A stretch of DNA of 64,000 nucleotides from an uncultured Planctomycetales bacterium. Its GTDB lineage: Bacteria > Omnitrophota > Gorgyraeia > Zapsychrales > JANLHA01. A program made the translations under genes and the position numbers. The stretch lies in assembly GCA_964474085.1 (NCBI GenBank), contig CAYYRJ010000012.1:7701-71700 (forward strand), read 5' to 3'. This document shows positions 1 through 10,426 of the stretch, in pieces. Under the pieces are notes generated by a model that saw nothing but the letters and a program-made list of their open reading frames with translations, did no database searches and had not been told where the DNA came from. Numbering within the stretch: the first letter of the stretch is position 1; the number at the start of each line of letters is the position of its first letter.

Positions 1-101
1 ACAGACCGGGCCGGAATTTTTAAATTAACAGCTTTGAGAATTTGCTTTGCTCCATAAGACGTACTTAAATTTTTAATTGTAAAGACCGTTTGCTCCGGCA
101 T
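1..101 (-). CDS. pstB: Phosphate ABC transporter ATP-binding protein PstB, N-terminal fragment (gene continues past window start)
   Basis: Reverse strand from an ATG at 101..99 translates to MPEQTVFTIKNLSTSYGAKQILKAVNLKIPARS..., a typical ABC-ATPase N-terminus; it sits directly downstream of pstA in the conserved pstSCAB order. Confidence 0.65.
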   Translation of the reverse strand, partial: MPEQTVFTIKNLSTSYGAKQILKAVNLKIPARS

Positions 102-103
102 GA

Positions 104-1006
104 TTACCACCTTTTTTGATTTTTGTGGCGCAAATAAATCGCAATCGCATTCATGAGTAAAGTAATAAAAAGCAGCACAATAATCCCAGCTGCAGCGTTA
201 GTCAGAAAAGCTTTTTGAGGGCGGGAAACCCAGTTAAAAATTTGGATTGGCAAAACGGTAAACGGATCCAAAAATCCCTGCAAGCTAAAATTGACAAAAG
301 GAGCTGTCTTAGAAATACTCACAGGACTCGTCGGTAAAAAGGGAATATAGGTCAGCGCACCGATCGCAATCAACGGGGCCGTTTCGCCAATCGCGCGTGA
401 CATCGCTAAAATAATGCCGGTCATAATATTGGCAATTGCCGCCGGTAAAACCTGATAACGTACCGTTTGCCATTTGGTCGCCCCCAAAGCAAGTGACGCT
501 TCCCGAATGGACGATGGCACAGCGCGAAGCGCTTCGCGCGTCGAGAGAATAATGACCGGCAAAACTAAAAGCCCTAAGGTCATCCCTCCGGTTATGACAC
601 TTCGATCTAATTTCATTGCGCGAACAAAGATAGCCAATCCTAAAAGTCCATAAATGACCGACGGAACTCCGGCCAAATTCGCGATATTGATCTCAATAAA
701 ATCCGTTAAACGGTTTTTTCGGGCATATTCTTCTAAATAAATTCCTGAACCTATACCAATGGGAATAGCAAACAATGCCGTTGTAACCATGACCCATAAA
801 GTCCCGGCCCACGCCGCTAAAATCCCAGCCTGCTGTGGTTTTCGAGATGGAAAGCTTACAATAAACTGCCAGCTCAAACGGCCAAATCCGTCAGTAAACA
901 CGTCCCACAAAAGAGCTCCCAAAACCAATAAACCAAAAAACGTCGCAAACAGCCCCGTGACCTGAAAAATACGATCCTTCAATTTGTCCCGTTCATGCTT
1001 AGTCAT
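104..1006 (-). CDS. pstA: Phosphate ABC transporter permease PstA
   Basis: 300-aa polytopic membrane ORF with the EAA-like permease loop ([15 protein letters not shown]), in pst operon order. Confidence 0.9.
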   Translation of the reverse strand: MTKHERDKLKDRIFQVTGLFATFFGLLVLGALLWDVFTDGFGRLSWQFIVSFPSRKPQQAGILAAWAGTLWVMVTTALFAIPIGIGSGIYLEEYARKNRLTDFIEINIANLAGVPSVIYGLLGLAIFVRAMKLDRSVITGGMTLGLLVLPVIILSTREALRAVPSSIREASLALGATKWQTVRYQVLPAAIANIMTGIILAMSRAIGETAPLIAIGALTYIPFLPTSPVSISKTAPFVNFSLQGFLDPFTVLPIQIFNWVSRPQKAFLTNAAAGIIVLLFITLLMNAIAIYLRHKNQKRW

Positions 1007-1895
1007 AGACTTCCTGAAAATGTTTGCGCAGCTTAAAACTGATCACGTTAAGTAAAAAGGTCAACAAAAACAACGTCATCCCGCAGACAAAAATCGTTTT
1101 ATATTCAATGGTCCCATGCGGGGTATCTCCCAAACTCACCTGCACGATATAAGCTGTAATTGTTTCAACGGGAACAAGCGGATTTGCTGTTAAATTCGGC
1201 TGCTGGCCGGCGGCAATGGCCACAATCATCGTTTCTCCAATTGCGCGCGATATAGCAAGAATAACAGCCGCGGTAATGCCTGAAAGCGCCGCTGGAAAAA
1301 CAATGCGAAAGGCCACTTGTAATTTATGTGAACCTAACGCGTAGGCGCCTTCCTTAAGGCCTGCAGGCACCGCATGCATCGCATCCTCGCTTAGTGAAGA
1401 CACCAAGGGAATAATCATAACGCCCATAACAAATCCAGCCGAAAGCGCGTTAAACCCGGAAATTTGCGGAATAAGGACCTTTAAAATCGGGGTCACAAAA
1501 AGCAAAGCAAAATAACCATAAACAACCGTTGGGATAGCCGCCAAAATTTCCATCAACGGCTTTATAATATTACGTGTCTTTGCCGACGCATATTCACTCA
1601 AATAAACCGCACTGGCCAATCCCATCGGAACAGCGACACAAATCGCAATGACCGTTGTTAAAAGCGTTCCACAAAGAAGCGGCAAAATTCCAAAATGCTT
1701 ATCTGTAAAAAGCGGCGTCCATTGCGTATCTGTCAAAAAATTAACAATCGGGACAACTTTAAAAAAACCAAAACTCTCCGAGAACAACACCCAAATAATG
1801 CCAAACGTCGTAAAAACTGACAAGAGGCTGCAGCAAAACAGCAGCCCCTCAATCAGTTTTTCTTTTAAATTTCTGCTAACAGCTTGATCCATCAA
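999..1895 (-). CDS. pstC: Phosphate ABC transporter permease PstC
   Basis: 298-aa permease ([16 protein letters not shown]); overlaps the pstA start by 8 nt, which indicates translational coupling. Confidence 0.9.
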   Translation of the reverse strand: MMDQAVSRNLKEKLIEGLLFCCSLLSVFTTFGIIWVLFSESFGFFKVVPIVNFLTDTQWTPLFTDKHFGILPLLCGTLLTTVIAICVAVPMGLASAVYLSEYASAKTRNIIKPLMEILAAIPTVVYGYFALLFVTPILKVLIPQISGFNALSAGFVMGVMIIPLVSSLSEDAMHAVPAGLKEGAYALGSHKLQVAFRIVFPAALSGITAAVILAISRAIGETMIVAIAAGQQPNLTANPLVPVETITAYIVQVSLGDTPHGTIEYKTIFVCGMTLFLLTFLLNVISFKLRKHFQEVYD

Positions 1896-2894
1896 TTATT
1901 TTTCCATGCGGATAACATCGGCAAGCGAAAGCCCAGCGACCGAACGTCCGGCAAAAACGGACCCAGGTGTTCCATTGACAAATCTCTGGGACGCGGCTTG
2001 ATAAGCATCCTCGGGAAGAGGGATATATCCAACCTCTTGGGTCAAACCCGCAGCATTCTTCAAATAGTATTCCACAAATTCTTTAACCTTCCCGCGATTG
2101 ACCGATTCTTTATTGACATAAATAAACAAAGGCCGCGCCAAAGGCTGATAGGTGCCGTTTTTCACTGTTTCCATCGTCGGAATAATCGGCCCCTTACCAT
2201 TGGCCTCATTTTCATCATCAATCGGGACAATTTTTAATTTATCCTTATTTTGCTCATAATAAGCTACTCCAAAATAACCCAAACTTCCCTTATCTGACGC
2301 AATCCCTTCAACGAGCACATTGTCATCTTCGCTGGCTGTGTAATCGCCGCGGCTGCTGCCAGCTTTCCCATTGATCGCTTCCGAAAAATAATCGAATGTC
2401 CCAGAGTCGGTACCCGGCCCAAAAAGACGGATCTCAACATCCGGAAACCCCTCGCGGACCTGGCTCCACTTGGTAATCACGCCTTGCGCCGAAGGTTCCC
2501 AAATTTTTTTCAGTTCCTTGACCGTCAAATGATCAACCCATGTATTGTTTACGTTAACCAAGACCGCTAAGCCATCAAAAGCTATAGGAAGTTCAACGTA
2601 ATTGATACTGCTTTCACGACAAGCGGAAATTTCTTTTTCTTTAATCGGACGGGACGCATCGCTAATGTCCGTCTCCCCCCGGCAAAAACGTTTAAAACCG
2701 CCGCCAGTACCAGATATTCCGACCATGACCTTTGTGCCGCCAGAAGCTTTTCCAAAATCTTCGGCAACTGCTTCGGTAATGGGAAAAACAGTACTTGAGC
2801 CATCAACTTTAATGACTTCTGCCGCAGCAAAAGCGAATTGTCGCACGCTTAAGCCCAAAAGAATCGCGGCAACCATCAACATTATTTTTTTCAT
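1896..2894 (-). CDS. pstS: Phosphate-binding periplasmic protein PstS
   Basis: 332 aa with a signal peptide and the PstS N-terminal motif (GSSTVFPI...ISGTGGG); AGGAG RBS upstream. Confidence 0.9.
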   Translation of the reverse strand: MKKIMLMVAAILLGLSVRQFAFAAAEVIKVDGSSTVFPITEAVAEDFGKASGGTKVMVGISGTGGGFKRFCRGETDISDASRPIKEKEISACRESSINYVELPIAFDGLAVLVNVNNTWVDHLTVKELKKIWEPSAQGVITKWSQVREGFPDVEIRLFGPGTDSGTFDYFSEAINGKAGSSRGDYTASEDDNVLVEGIASDKGSLGYFGVAYYEQNKDKLKIVPIDDENEANGKGPIIPTMETVKNGTYQPLARPLFIYVNKESVNRGKVKEFVEYYLKNAAGLTQEVGYIPLPEDAYQAASQRFVNGTPGSVFAGRSVAGLSLADVIRMEK

Positions 2895-2959
2895 TGTAAT
2901 CTCCTGTAGAATTAACTAATTATATTGAGCCGTTATAAATTTTCAACTATTAAGAAATC

Positions 2960-4222
2960 TTAAAACTTTATCACAAGGTCCCCCTGGACTAAACTCTCAG
3001 GATTATGGGCTCCCTTAATACGGTCTGAGAGATAATAATCCACCCCAAAACTGACGTTTTTAAGTAACCCAATTGTCATGATAACTTCATGTGATCGAAT
3101 ATCCGTGCGTCCGCCTAAACGGTCTGAATCTGGAAACACATCAGGGAAAGCATCTTTTCCAAGAGCAACATATTGATACTTCATTTGCCATTGGCCCTGA
3201 CCGCCGACTTTGGCATTTCCGAAAACAAAACCCGACGACCAACCCGTTTCAAATTTTGCCGGATCCGGGTTCGTCACAAAATCGCCAAATACGGCAATTC
3301 TTTCATCAATGCTATAAGGAAGGCCACCCAAAATTTTGCTAACACCTACCTCTGCCGAAAACCCTGCAGAATCATAATCATACCTAAGGCCGGCATCAGC
3401 AACGCCACCAATCTGCGAATTGGTATTTAATTCATTATCCAGATCATACCCTTTGACCCCGTTAAAAACATGATATGTCCCAGCAACTTTCGCGTCGACT
3501 TTATCTTTTTTGTAAGCAACTCCACCCTGCAAATAAAGCATATTAGGATCCGGGTTCTTGCTGGCATTATTTTCATCCAAAAGCCAACTGCCGGCATTAA
3601 TAAATCCTTTAACGGATGAATCAGCCATGATGTCATGTTCAAGATGAGCTGAGAAACCATACGGATTAATGTCTGTGTCAAAAAGCATATCCGTTGTTTG
3701 CCAATAATAATCAGTAAAAATAAGTTTACCGCCAACCACCTTAGCCCACGGTGAGGCTTGGTATTCAACAGCCGCATAATCCAACCGCAAGTCAGGACGC
3801 TCAAAAGTGTTTTCCCACGTGACATTCGTCGATCGTGGATCAGTCCCGCCAGAAGCAAAACCCGCACTGACCTTTGTTGAAGCAATCGGATTTATTTCTA
3901 CCCCCATCCGAAAACGCGTTCTTCCGCGACTACGCGAAGCATTGCTCAAATCCTGTTTTTCATATTGATACCTCAATCGAAGATCGCCCTTGAGTTTGAC
4001 GGTCTTGACCCAATCGGGAAGATTTCTCTGAAACGAATCTTCTTGTACAAGTTTTTCATCAGCCGCAATATCCCCTTTTAATTTACGGGCTTCTTCTTTT
4101 GTAAATGTTCCCTTTTCGACTAACTTTTCAAGCAAAGCATCCACCGACGTTGCCGCGAAGCTCAAAGAACTAAAATAAGCCACCAGCACAACGGCCAAAC
4201 CTAAACTGTAAATCTTTTTCAT
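2960..4222 (-). CDS. Outer-membrane porin, putative phosphate-selective (OprO/OprP-like)
   Basis: Signal peptide, coiled N-terminal region, beta-barrel-like alternating pattern and a C-terminal Phe; AAGGAG RBS 6 nt before the ATG at 4222; lies between phoR and pstS. Confidence 0.55.
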   Translation of the reverse strand: MKKIYSLGLAVVLVAYFSSLSFAATSVDALLEKLVEKGTFTKEEARKLKGDIAADEKLVQEDSFQRNLPDWVKTVKLKGDLRLRYQYEKQDLSNASRSRGRTRFRMGVEINPIASTKVSAGFASGGTDPRSTNVTWENTFERPDLRLDYAAVEYQASPWAKVVGGKLIFTDYYWQTTDMLFDTDINPYGFSAHLEHDIMADSSVKGFINAGSWLLDENNASKNPDPNMLYLQGGVAYKKDKVDAKVAGTYHVFNGVKGYDLDNELNTNSQIGGVADAGLRYDYDSAGFSAEVGVSKILGGLPYSIDERIAVFGDFVTNPDPAKFETGWSSGFVFGNAKVGGQGQWQMKYQYVALGKDAFPDVFPDSDRLGGRTDIRSHEVIMTIGLLKNVSFGVDYYLSDRIKGAHNPESLVQGDLVIKF

Positions 4223-4310
4223 CGCATCTCCTTTGTCAATTGCCACGAAGGCTTCGTTAACTTCTTGAGAATTAATCTAAAACCGAAGTTTGACGACACG
4301 ATGGCAAGAA

Positions 4311-4328
4311 TGTGAACAATCTGTGAAC
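4311..4328 (-). promoter_or_regulatory. Candidate Pho box: direct repeat TGTGAAC-N4-TGTGAAC (GTTCACA on the coding strand) with 11-bp periodicity, ~90 nt upstream of the porin start
   Basis: Two perfect 7-mers separated by 4 nt, as seen directly in the sequence; PhoB/PhoP-type boxes are 7-bp direct repeats with 11-bp spacing. Confidence 0.4.
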
Positions 4329-4336
4329 TTTGGGGA

Positions 4337-6097
4337 TTATGCTTTTGGAAGGGTAAAACGAAAAGAGGAACCTTCGCCCAAACGGCTTGTGGCCGTGATT
4401 TCGCCGCCGTGGGTTTGAATAATATGTTTAACAATCGAAAGGCCCAAACCGGTCCCGCCGATTTCCCGTGAATGCGCTTTGTCGACGCGGTAAAACCGCT
4501 CAAAAATGCGCGGCAAATCATCGGCCCCAATCCCTAAGCCGTTATCGGTCACGGTGATTTCGACACAATCCGGTTTTTCACTGGCTAAAATATGCACTTC
4601 TCCGCCGATCTTATTATATTTGATCGCGTTTTCGATAATGTTTAAAAAAACTTGCGCCAAAGAAGATTCATCAACCTTGACCGGTGAAATCACAGGTGGA
4701 ATTTTAGAAATCACCTTGATCTGACGCTGTTTAATTTGAATATTTAACGTCGTCAAAACAAAATCCAAAGTTTTTGTAACAGAGGCCGGCGGCAAATTAA
4801 GTGACGGCTTTCCCGACTCATGCCTGGCTAAAACAAGCAAATCGTCGACGAGTTTTGCTAAACGTTCTGCCTCGCAATGGATGATTTTCAAAAACTCGGC
4901 AGCATGTTCTTTGTCGTTGAGAGCGCCATCCAAAAGCGTCTCGGCGTAGCCTTTGATATTGGCTGTGGGGGTACGAAATTCATGCGAAACATTGGCCACA
5001 AAATCTTTGCGAATGACTTCCAGCCGCCGCAAATCAGTAATATCATGAAAAACCAAGACCGCTCCATCGACATTTGCGTCTAACAAAATAGGAGCAGCCG
5101 AAACACGCAAAATTTTTTCCTCTGGCAGCAAAAACGTCAGCTGACAAGCATTTACGCGCTGCCGTGACCCTAAAACTTCATCAACAATTTCTTGCACCTG
5201 GATATTACGAATAACCTCCAGCGGCTTTCGTCCCTGGGCCTGATGTTCAACATGTAAAATATTTCTTAAAGTGTCGTTCATAAGCAAGATTTTCCCGTCG
5301 CTATTAACGACCATCACACCTTCGGCCATGCTTAAGAAAACCGCCTCCAAGCGGCTCTTAGCCTGCGTCACTTCTTCCATACGCGATTGGATTTGCTGGG
5401 ACATAAACTCAACCGCTTTGGCTAAATCCGCAATTTCATCATTCTGGTTTAAAGTCACCCTTTGCGAAAAATCACCCGATGCGATTGCCTGCGCCACAGA
5501 AGAGATGCGGGCCACAGGCCGGGTGATCCAAAGCGAGGCAAAATGGCTCACTAAAAGCGCAAAAATAAAAGCAAGCCACAGAGAAAACCATAAAAACTTT
5601 TGAAGATGGACAGATATTGCCGAAATTTCCGCCAAAGAAAGTGCTACGCGGATAATCCGCGGCGATTGTTTGTCTCCAAAAAGTGCGGCGACATAAAGCA
5701 TGTCTTCGCGGACAGATAAACTATACCGCCGGCTTTGCCCTAAGCCTTCCTTCAAAGCCTGCTTTATTTCCGGGCGAAAAAGATGGTTTTCCAGCTCTGG
5801 AAGCTGATTTTTCTCGAACATCGAGTCGCCTAAAACCGCACCGTCGGGCCCAATAATCGTAACCCGGCTGACAAGTCTTTTTCCTAAATCATCGGCAATT
5901 GGGTCAAAATCCGTACCGGAAGGAAACTTCTCCAGATAAACTTTCGCCAAAGAAATTTCTTGTTCCAGGACTGTTTTAATACGCTTGTAAGTATATGTTT
6001 TAAGCGTATTATCTAAATAAAAATAAACCGCCGTTAAAATCACAGCGACGATCGTGCTTAAAGTCAACGTAACTTTATGATGACTGTTTAAACGCAT
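4337..6097 (-). CDS. phoR: Phosphate-regulon sensor histidine kinase PhoR (TM-HAMP-PAS-HisKA-HATPase)
   Basis: HisKA H-box HEFRTPTANIKGYAETL; G1/G2 boxes (DNGLGIG..GGTGLGLSIV); adjacent to an OmpR-type regulator and the pst genes. Confidence 0.8.
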   Translation of the reverse strand: MRLNSHHKVTLTLSTIVAVILTAVYFYLDNTLKTYTYKRIKTVLEQEISLAKVYLEKFPSGTDFDPIADDLGKRLVSRVTIIGPDGAVLGDSMFEKNQLPELENHLFRPEIKQALKEGLGQSRRYSLSVREDMLYVAALFGDKQSPRIIRVALSLAEISAISVHLQKFLWFSLWLAFIFALLVSHFASLWITRPVARISSVAQAIASGDFSQRVTLNQNDEIADLAKAVEFMSQQIQSRMEEVTQAKSRLEAVFLSMAEGVMVVNSDGKILLMNDTLRNILHVEHQAQGRKPLEVIRNIQVQEIVDEVLGSRQRVNACQLTFLLPEEKILRVSAAPILLDANVDGAVLVFHDITDLRRLEVIRKDFVANVSHEFRTPTANIKGYAETLLDGALNDKEHAAEFLKIIHCEAERLAKLVDDLLVLARHESGKPSLNLPPASVTKTLDFVLTTLNIQIKQRQIKVISKIPPVISPVKVDESSLAQVFLNIIENAIKYNKIGGEVHILASEKPDCVEITVTDNGLGIGADDLPRIFERFYRVDKAHSREIGGTGLGLSIVKHIIQTHGGEITATSRLGEGSSFRFTLPKA

Positions 6098-6099
6098 AT

Positions 6100-6792
6100 T
6101 TAATCTCTATCCTCATTAAAACGGTAACCCAAGCCGCGAATCGTTTCTAATGCTTCGCCGACTTTGCCCAGTTTCTGACGCAACCGCTTAATGTGTGTAT
6201 CGACCGTGCGTGTTGTGACATCCGCTTCGATGTTCCAAACAGCGCTCAAAAGCTCTTCGCGCGACTGCACCCGCCCACGGCGCTCGAGCAAGATCACCAA
6301 AAGTTTAAATTCCATGGGTGTGAGAATAACCTCCCTGGCCTTCACCGTGACACGATGCCGAGGAATATCAATTCCTAAGTCCCCGCTTCGCAAATTTTCT
6401 TTAGGCGACTGTTTGATTTGTCCACGGCGCAGAATCGTTTTAGCGCGCAAAATAAGTTCGCGTGGACTAAACGGTTTAACAACATAATCTTCGGCGCCAA
6501 GTTCAAAGCCGACCACGCGGTCGACTTCTTCCCCGCGTGCAGTCAACATCATAATAGGTATAGTTGACAAACGGCTATCATCTTTCAAACGCCGGCACGT
6601 TTCAAACCCGTCCATTTTAGGAAGCATAATATCGAGAATAATCAAATCGACTTTTTGAACGGATAAAAATTCAAAAGCTTCTTCTCCAGTAATCGTCACA
6701 ACGACACGAAAACCGGCCTTCTCAAAATTATATTTGACGAGCTTGGCAATATTGGCGTCGTCTTCAACGATAAGAATGCTCTCTTGAGGCAT
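6100..6792 (-). CDS. phoB: OmpR-family response regulator PhoB
   Basis: Receiver domain (VEDDANIAKL...D...LTAR) plus a winged-helix C-terminus (LTPMEFKLL..VDTHIKRLRQKL). Confidence 0.85.
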   Translation of the reverse strand: MPQESILIVEDDANIAKLVKYNFEKAGFRVVVTITGEEAFEFLSVQKVDLIILDIMLPKMDGFETCRRLKDDSRLSTIPIMMLTARGEEVDRVVGFELGAEDYVVKPFSPRELILRAKTILRRGQIKQSPKENLRSGDLGIDIPRHRVTVKAREVILTPMEFKLLVILLERRGRVQSREELLSAVWNIEADVTTRTVDTHIKRLRQKLGKVGEALETIRGLGYRFNEDRD

Positions 6793-6798
6793 AAAATT

Positions 6799-7575
6799 TC
6801 AATTAAGAATTTCTTGGAAAAAATCTTTCATGGCAATCCACGAACGCTGATCCGCGCGTTGATTGTAGGCAGCACCTTTACTATTATCATTTCCTGCCGC
6901 AGGATTCGTAAACGCATGGACCGCGCCACTGTACTTGATCAACTGCCAATCCACATGGCCGTCATTCATTTCTTTTTCAAAACCCTGCACCTCTTCTAAC
7001 GGAACATACGGATCATCTGCCCCGTGGAGAGCCAAAATCTTGGCTTTGATATTCTTTGCATCCTTTGGCGTTGGAGTACTCAAGCCGCCATGAAAACTCA
7101 CCACACCCTTAATTGGGGCTCCACTGCGCGCTAACTCCAAAGCCGTCGTGCCGCCAAAACAAAATCCCATGACCGCGATTTTGTTTGCATCGACCGTATC
7201 TTCCTTTTTGATTGCTTCATACCCGGCAAAAATACGTCGGCGCAACAAATCCCGATCGCCTTTATAAATTCCGACAAGTTGACTGGCCTGATCCGTATTT
7301 TCAGGACGGACATCTTTTCCATAAATATCGACCGCCATTGCAATATAACCTAATTTCGCTAACTCCTCTGCTTTCTGATTTCCAAAAGACCCAAAGCCCA
7401 TCCAATCATGCACAACAAGAATCCCGGGGCGTTTATCGGCAATGGCATCATCATAGGCAACATATCCCTGGAGAGATGTTTCCCCTTCCTTATATTCAAT
7501 CATTTTTGTCACAATGGCTGCGTGGGCCTGGATCGGCACACACAAAAACAGAATTAACAATGCAAATTTTTTCAT
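6799..7575 (-). CDS. Dienelactone hydrolase family protein (secreted)
   Basis: HDWMGF...GFCFGG nucleophile elbow and a C-terminal His; start placed at MKKFALL, which has an AAGGAG RBS 10 nt upstream. Confidence 0.8.
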   Translation of the reverse strand: MKKFALLILFLCVPIQAHAAIVTKMIEYKEGETSLQGYVAYDDAIADKRPGILVVHDWMGFGSFGNQKAEELAKLGYIAMAVDIYGKDVRPENTDQASQLVGIYKGDRDLLRRRIFAGYEAIKKEDTVDANKIAVMGFCFGGTTALELARSGAPIKGVVSFHGGLSTPTPKDAKNIKAKILALHGADDPYVPLEEVQGFEKEMNDGHVDWQLIKYSGAVHAFTNPAAGNDNSKGAAYNQRADQRSWIAMKDFFQEILN

Positions 7576-7676
7576 AACCAACCACTCCTTAAAGGGAATT
7601 AGACACACAAAAAGAAACGAACATAATAAATTCAATTATGCGATGGTATTAAATGAATCGTCCTTCGGGCTTAAAA

Positions 7677-7901
7677 CTATTTCACTTGCCCAGCGATAAT
7701 TTTTTCAGCAGCAAGCCAATCATCCACGTCATTGCCATGGGCCCCACCGCGCTTTAAATAAAGATCATAAGCTTTTTCGGCGATGCGCTGATTGATGTTG
7801 CCCTGTTCGACGAAACTCGAAATACTTTTCTTTAAGAAAGTTTCCTTTTTCGTCGCGCTGGACTTTGGCGCTGTTTTCTTAACTGGTTTAACGTTTGCCA
7901 T
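7677..7901 (-). CDS. DUF2934 family small protein
   Basis: 74 aa with the C-terminal DDWLAAEK motif typical of DUF2934. Confidence 0.55.
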   Translation of the reverse strand: MANVKPVKKTAPKSSATKKETFLKKSISSFVEQGNINQRIAEKAYDLYLKRGGAHGNDVDDWLAAEKIIAGQVK

Positions 7902-7987
7902 TTGCCGCTCCTTTTTGTTGCTTTGATGACCACTGAAAAACTATTTCTATAATACTAAAGTAAAATTTCCAAATCCACAGATGTATT

Positions 7988-8911
7988 TTACAAATTCCCA
8001 ACTAACTTAAGTATTGAGAGACGCTCTTGAATGTACTCAAAAATTTTCCCAGGGATATTGACCTTAGAGCATTCTTCCATCCCGCGAAAACCCGGGGAAG
8101 AATTCGCTTCACAAATTTTAAATCCTTCGTCGGAAAATAACAGGTCCACGCCCGCTATTTCTAAGCCCAAGGCTTGCGCCGTTTTAATGCCGAGGTTTTC
8201 TATGTCCGGTGTTAATGGATACGCTTGGACACTGGCGCCCTGCGAATAATTGGCCTTAAACGATCCGATTTGGGCTTTTCGCATCATGCATCCGACCACC
8301 TGCCCGCCAATGACAAAAACACGCACATCGCGCCCCATGCTTTGAGCGACAAACTCCTGAATAACAAAGTTTGCATTCCCCTGACTGGTCGCGATCATTG
8401 CAATCAAGTCTTCGAAACGGTTACGATTTTCACACAAAAAAACACCACGGCCCTGCGAGCCAGCCAGGGTTTTGACGACAAGCGGAAAACCGATTTCGCG
8501 CTCAACCAAATCGACATTAAGCGGATATTTCGCTAGCATCGACTTGACGGTCGGCAAACCGCACGATGCTAAGACTTGCATCGAATGCATTTTATCGCGC
8601 GCTAAGGCCACACTTGCTGCAGAATTAGGCAGATAAACGCCAGCATTTTCCATTTGCCGCATGAGCGCTAAAGCAAAATACGTCGTTGCCGACCCCATAC
8701 GATTAAGAAGAAAATCCACAGGCCCAACCGGATTACCCGAAAGCAAAAAACGCTGTTGACCATTGCCATCGACAATAATATCAATTTCATGGGGAGCCAC
8801 GACACGTAGCTGAATATTTTTTTCTTTAGCTTGATCAAGAAAACGCTGCACTCCATGAGAATATGAGCGCAGAGCATGTTGCGGGAATCTATTGAGGATC
8901 CACCCTTGCAT
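7988..8911 (-). CDS. RimK-family ATP-grasp ligase (alpha-L-glutamate ligase-like)
   Basis: 307 aa with an ATP-grasp fold pattern (GFPLVVKTLAGSQGRGV...EANSSPGF). Confidence 0.7.
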   Translation of the reverse strand: MQGWILNRFPQHALRSYSHGVQRFLDQAKEKNIQLRVVAPHEIDIIVDGNGQQRFLLSGNPVGPVDFLLNRMGSATTYFALALMRQMENAGVYLPNSAASVALARDKMHSMQVLASCGLPTVKSMLAKYPLNVDLVEREIGFPLVVKTLAGSQGRGVFLCENRNRFEDLIAMIATSQGNANFVIQEFVAQSMGRDVRVFVIGGQVVGCMMRKAQIGSFKANYSQGASVQAYPLTPDIENLGIKTAQALGLEIAGVDLLFSDEGFKICEANSSPGFRGMEECSKVNIPGKIFEYIQERLSILKLVGNL

Positions 8912-8925
8912 AAATTTTTCTAAAA

Positions 8926-9315
8926 TCAGGTATTTTCAGACGAAGCGTTTTCATCTTCGATAACTTCACGACGGATAATCTTAGCGATCTTTTTTCCGTC
9001 CTGCTCTGCATAATAAACCTCGACGACATCCTCTACGGCTAAATCACTGATAGCCTTAAAACCGTCTAACTTCACGTCAGGATCCAACTGATAAGTCACC
9101 TGCTTTTCGACGTCTGAATCGTAATCATATTCCTGCAAAACAATTTCACTCGCACTGACTTTGGCGACCGCGCCGTACGAATAAATAAATTTGCTTAAAT
9201 CCACTGCCGCAGCCGCTTGCGGTGTTGGGCTTGGAGCACTTTCCTCGGCGGCAAGAACAGGCGCCGCCAGAAGACTTGTCGCAACGATAAGAGCAAAGAC
9301 ATTTGAAATTCTCAT
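8926..9315 (-). CDS. Small secreted hypothetical protein
   Basis: Signal peptide MRISNVFALIVATSLLAAPVLAAEE followed by an acidic mature region. Confidence 0.45.
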   Translation of the reverse strand: MRISNVFALIVATSLLAAPVLAAEESAPSPTPQAAAAVDLSKFIYSYGAVAKVSASEIVLQEYDYDSDVEKQVTYQLDPDVKLDGFKAISDLAVEDVVEVYYAEQDGKKIAKIIRREVIEDENASSENT

Positions 9316-9407
9316 AGAGCCTCCTTGTAAAAATTTCTGAATGCTTTGTTTATATCACCTTGCCGTGTGCTTGAAAAGCAATATTTTTAAGCTATGCAAA
9401 GGAAAAT

Positions 9408-10385
9408 ATGATGTATAATTCGTCCATGAAAACAAAATTCTTTATAGGAATCGACGTAGGGGGAACAAAAATTGCGGCAGCCATCATTTCCCCTGCCGGA
9501 AAAGTTCTCACCCGCGCTAAAACTTCGACACCTGCTAAAGCCAAACCTGCGCTGATCCTTGCGCTTATTCTGGAGCTTATCGAACAAATCATCCGGGAGA
9601 AAAATCTTTCCAGCAAACAATTAGCCGGCATTGGCATTGGAGTCCCAGGAATCGTCGACAGCCACAACCACATTCTTGCAACGCCCAACATCAATTTGGC
9701 TGGTTTTCCGCTCTGCGCAAAGGTCAGCAAGAAATTTCATGTCAAAGTCGTCGCTGGCAATGACGTTAATCTTGGGCTTTTAGGCGAACAATGGCTTGGC
9801 GCCGGCAAAAAAGTAAAAAATATCATCGGGATCTTTCCAGGAACTGGTGTTGGCGGGGCGATTCTTATCGACGGGAAACTTGTTATCGGCACCCAAGGGG
9901 CCGCTGCCGAAATAGGACATATGATCCTCTGCCCCGACGGGCCAATATGTAGTTGCGGCAATCACGGCTGTCTGGAGGCCTTGACCGGCCGCTGGGCCAT
10001 TGAACGCGATATCCGCGCATCGATCGAACACGGCCGCAAGACATTGATCACGCAATTAACAAACGGAAAAATCGCTTCAATCAAAAGCAAATTTCTCAAA
10101 GCCGCCCTCAAAGCCAAAGATCCGCTAACCGTCGAAATCATGCAAAAAGCCGCACGGACACTGGGGTTTGCCTGCATTAATGTGCGCCACATTTTCAATC
10201 CTCAGCTGATTATTTTAGGAGGCGGGGTGGTTGAGGCCTGCGGTGAATTTTTGCTGCCGATTATCAATAAAACGTTTCACGCTGATCCCTTTTTTGCCAA
10301 AATCGATAAATGCAAAATCGCCGCTTCCTCGCTCGGTGACGATGCCGTCGTCTTAGGCGCTGTGGCGCTGGTCAAAAAATCCTAA
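9408..10385 (+). CDS. ROK-family sugar kinase (glucokinase-like)
   Basis: GIDVGGTK N-terminal motif and a Cys-rich zinc motif (CSCGNHGCLE); AAGGA RBS. Confidence 0.8.
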   Translation: MMYNSSMKTKFFIGIDVGGTKIAAAIISPAGKVLTRAKTSTPAKAKPALILALILELIEQIIREKNLSSKQLAGIGIGVPGIVDSHNHILATPNINLAGFPLCAKVSKKFHVKVVAGNDVNLGLLGEQWLGAGKKVKNIIGIFPGTGVGGAILIDGKLVIGTQGAAAEIGHMILCPDGPICSCGNHGCLEALTGRWAIERDIRASIEHGRKTLITQLTNGKIASIKSKFLKAALKAKDPLTVEIMQKAARTLGFACINVRHIFNPQLIILGGGVVEACGEFLLPIINKTFHADPFFAKIDKCKIAASSLGDDAVVLGAVALVKKS

Positions 10386-10426
10386 TCCTCGTATCAAAAA
10401 TAGGGCAGGCAAAATTTGGGTTACAC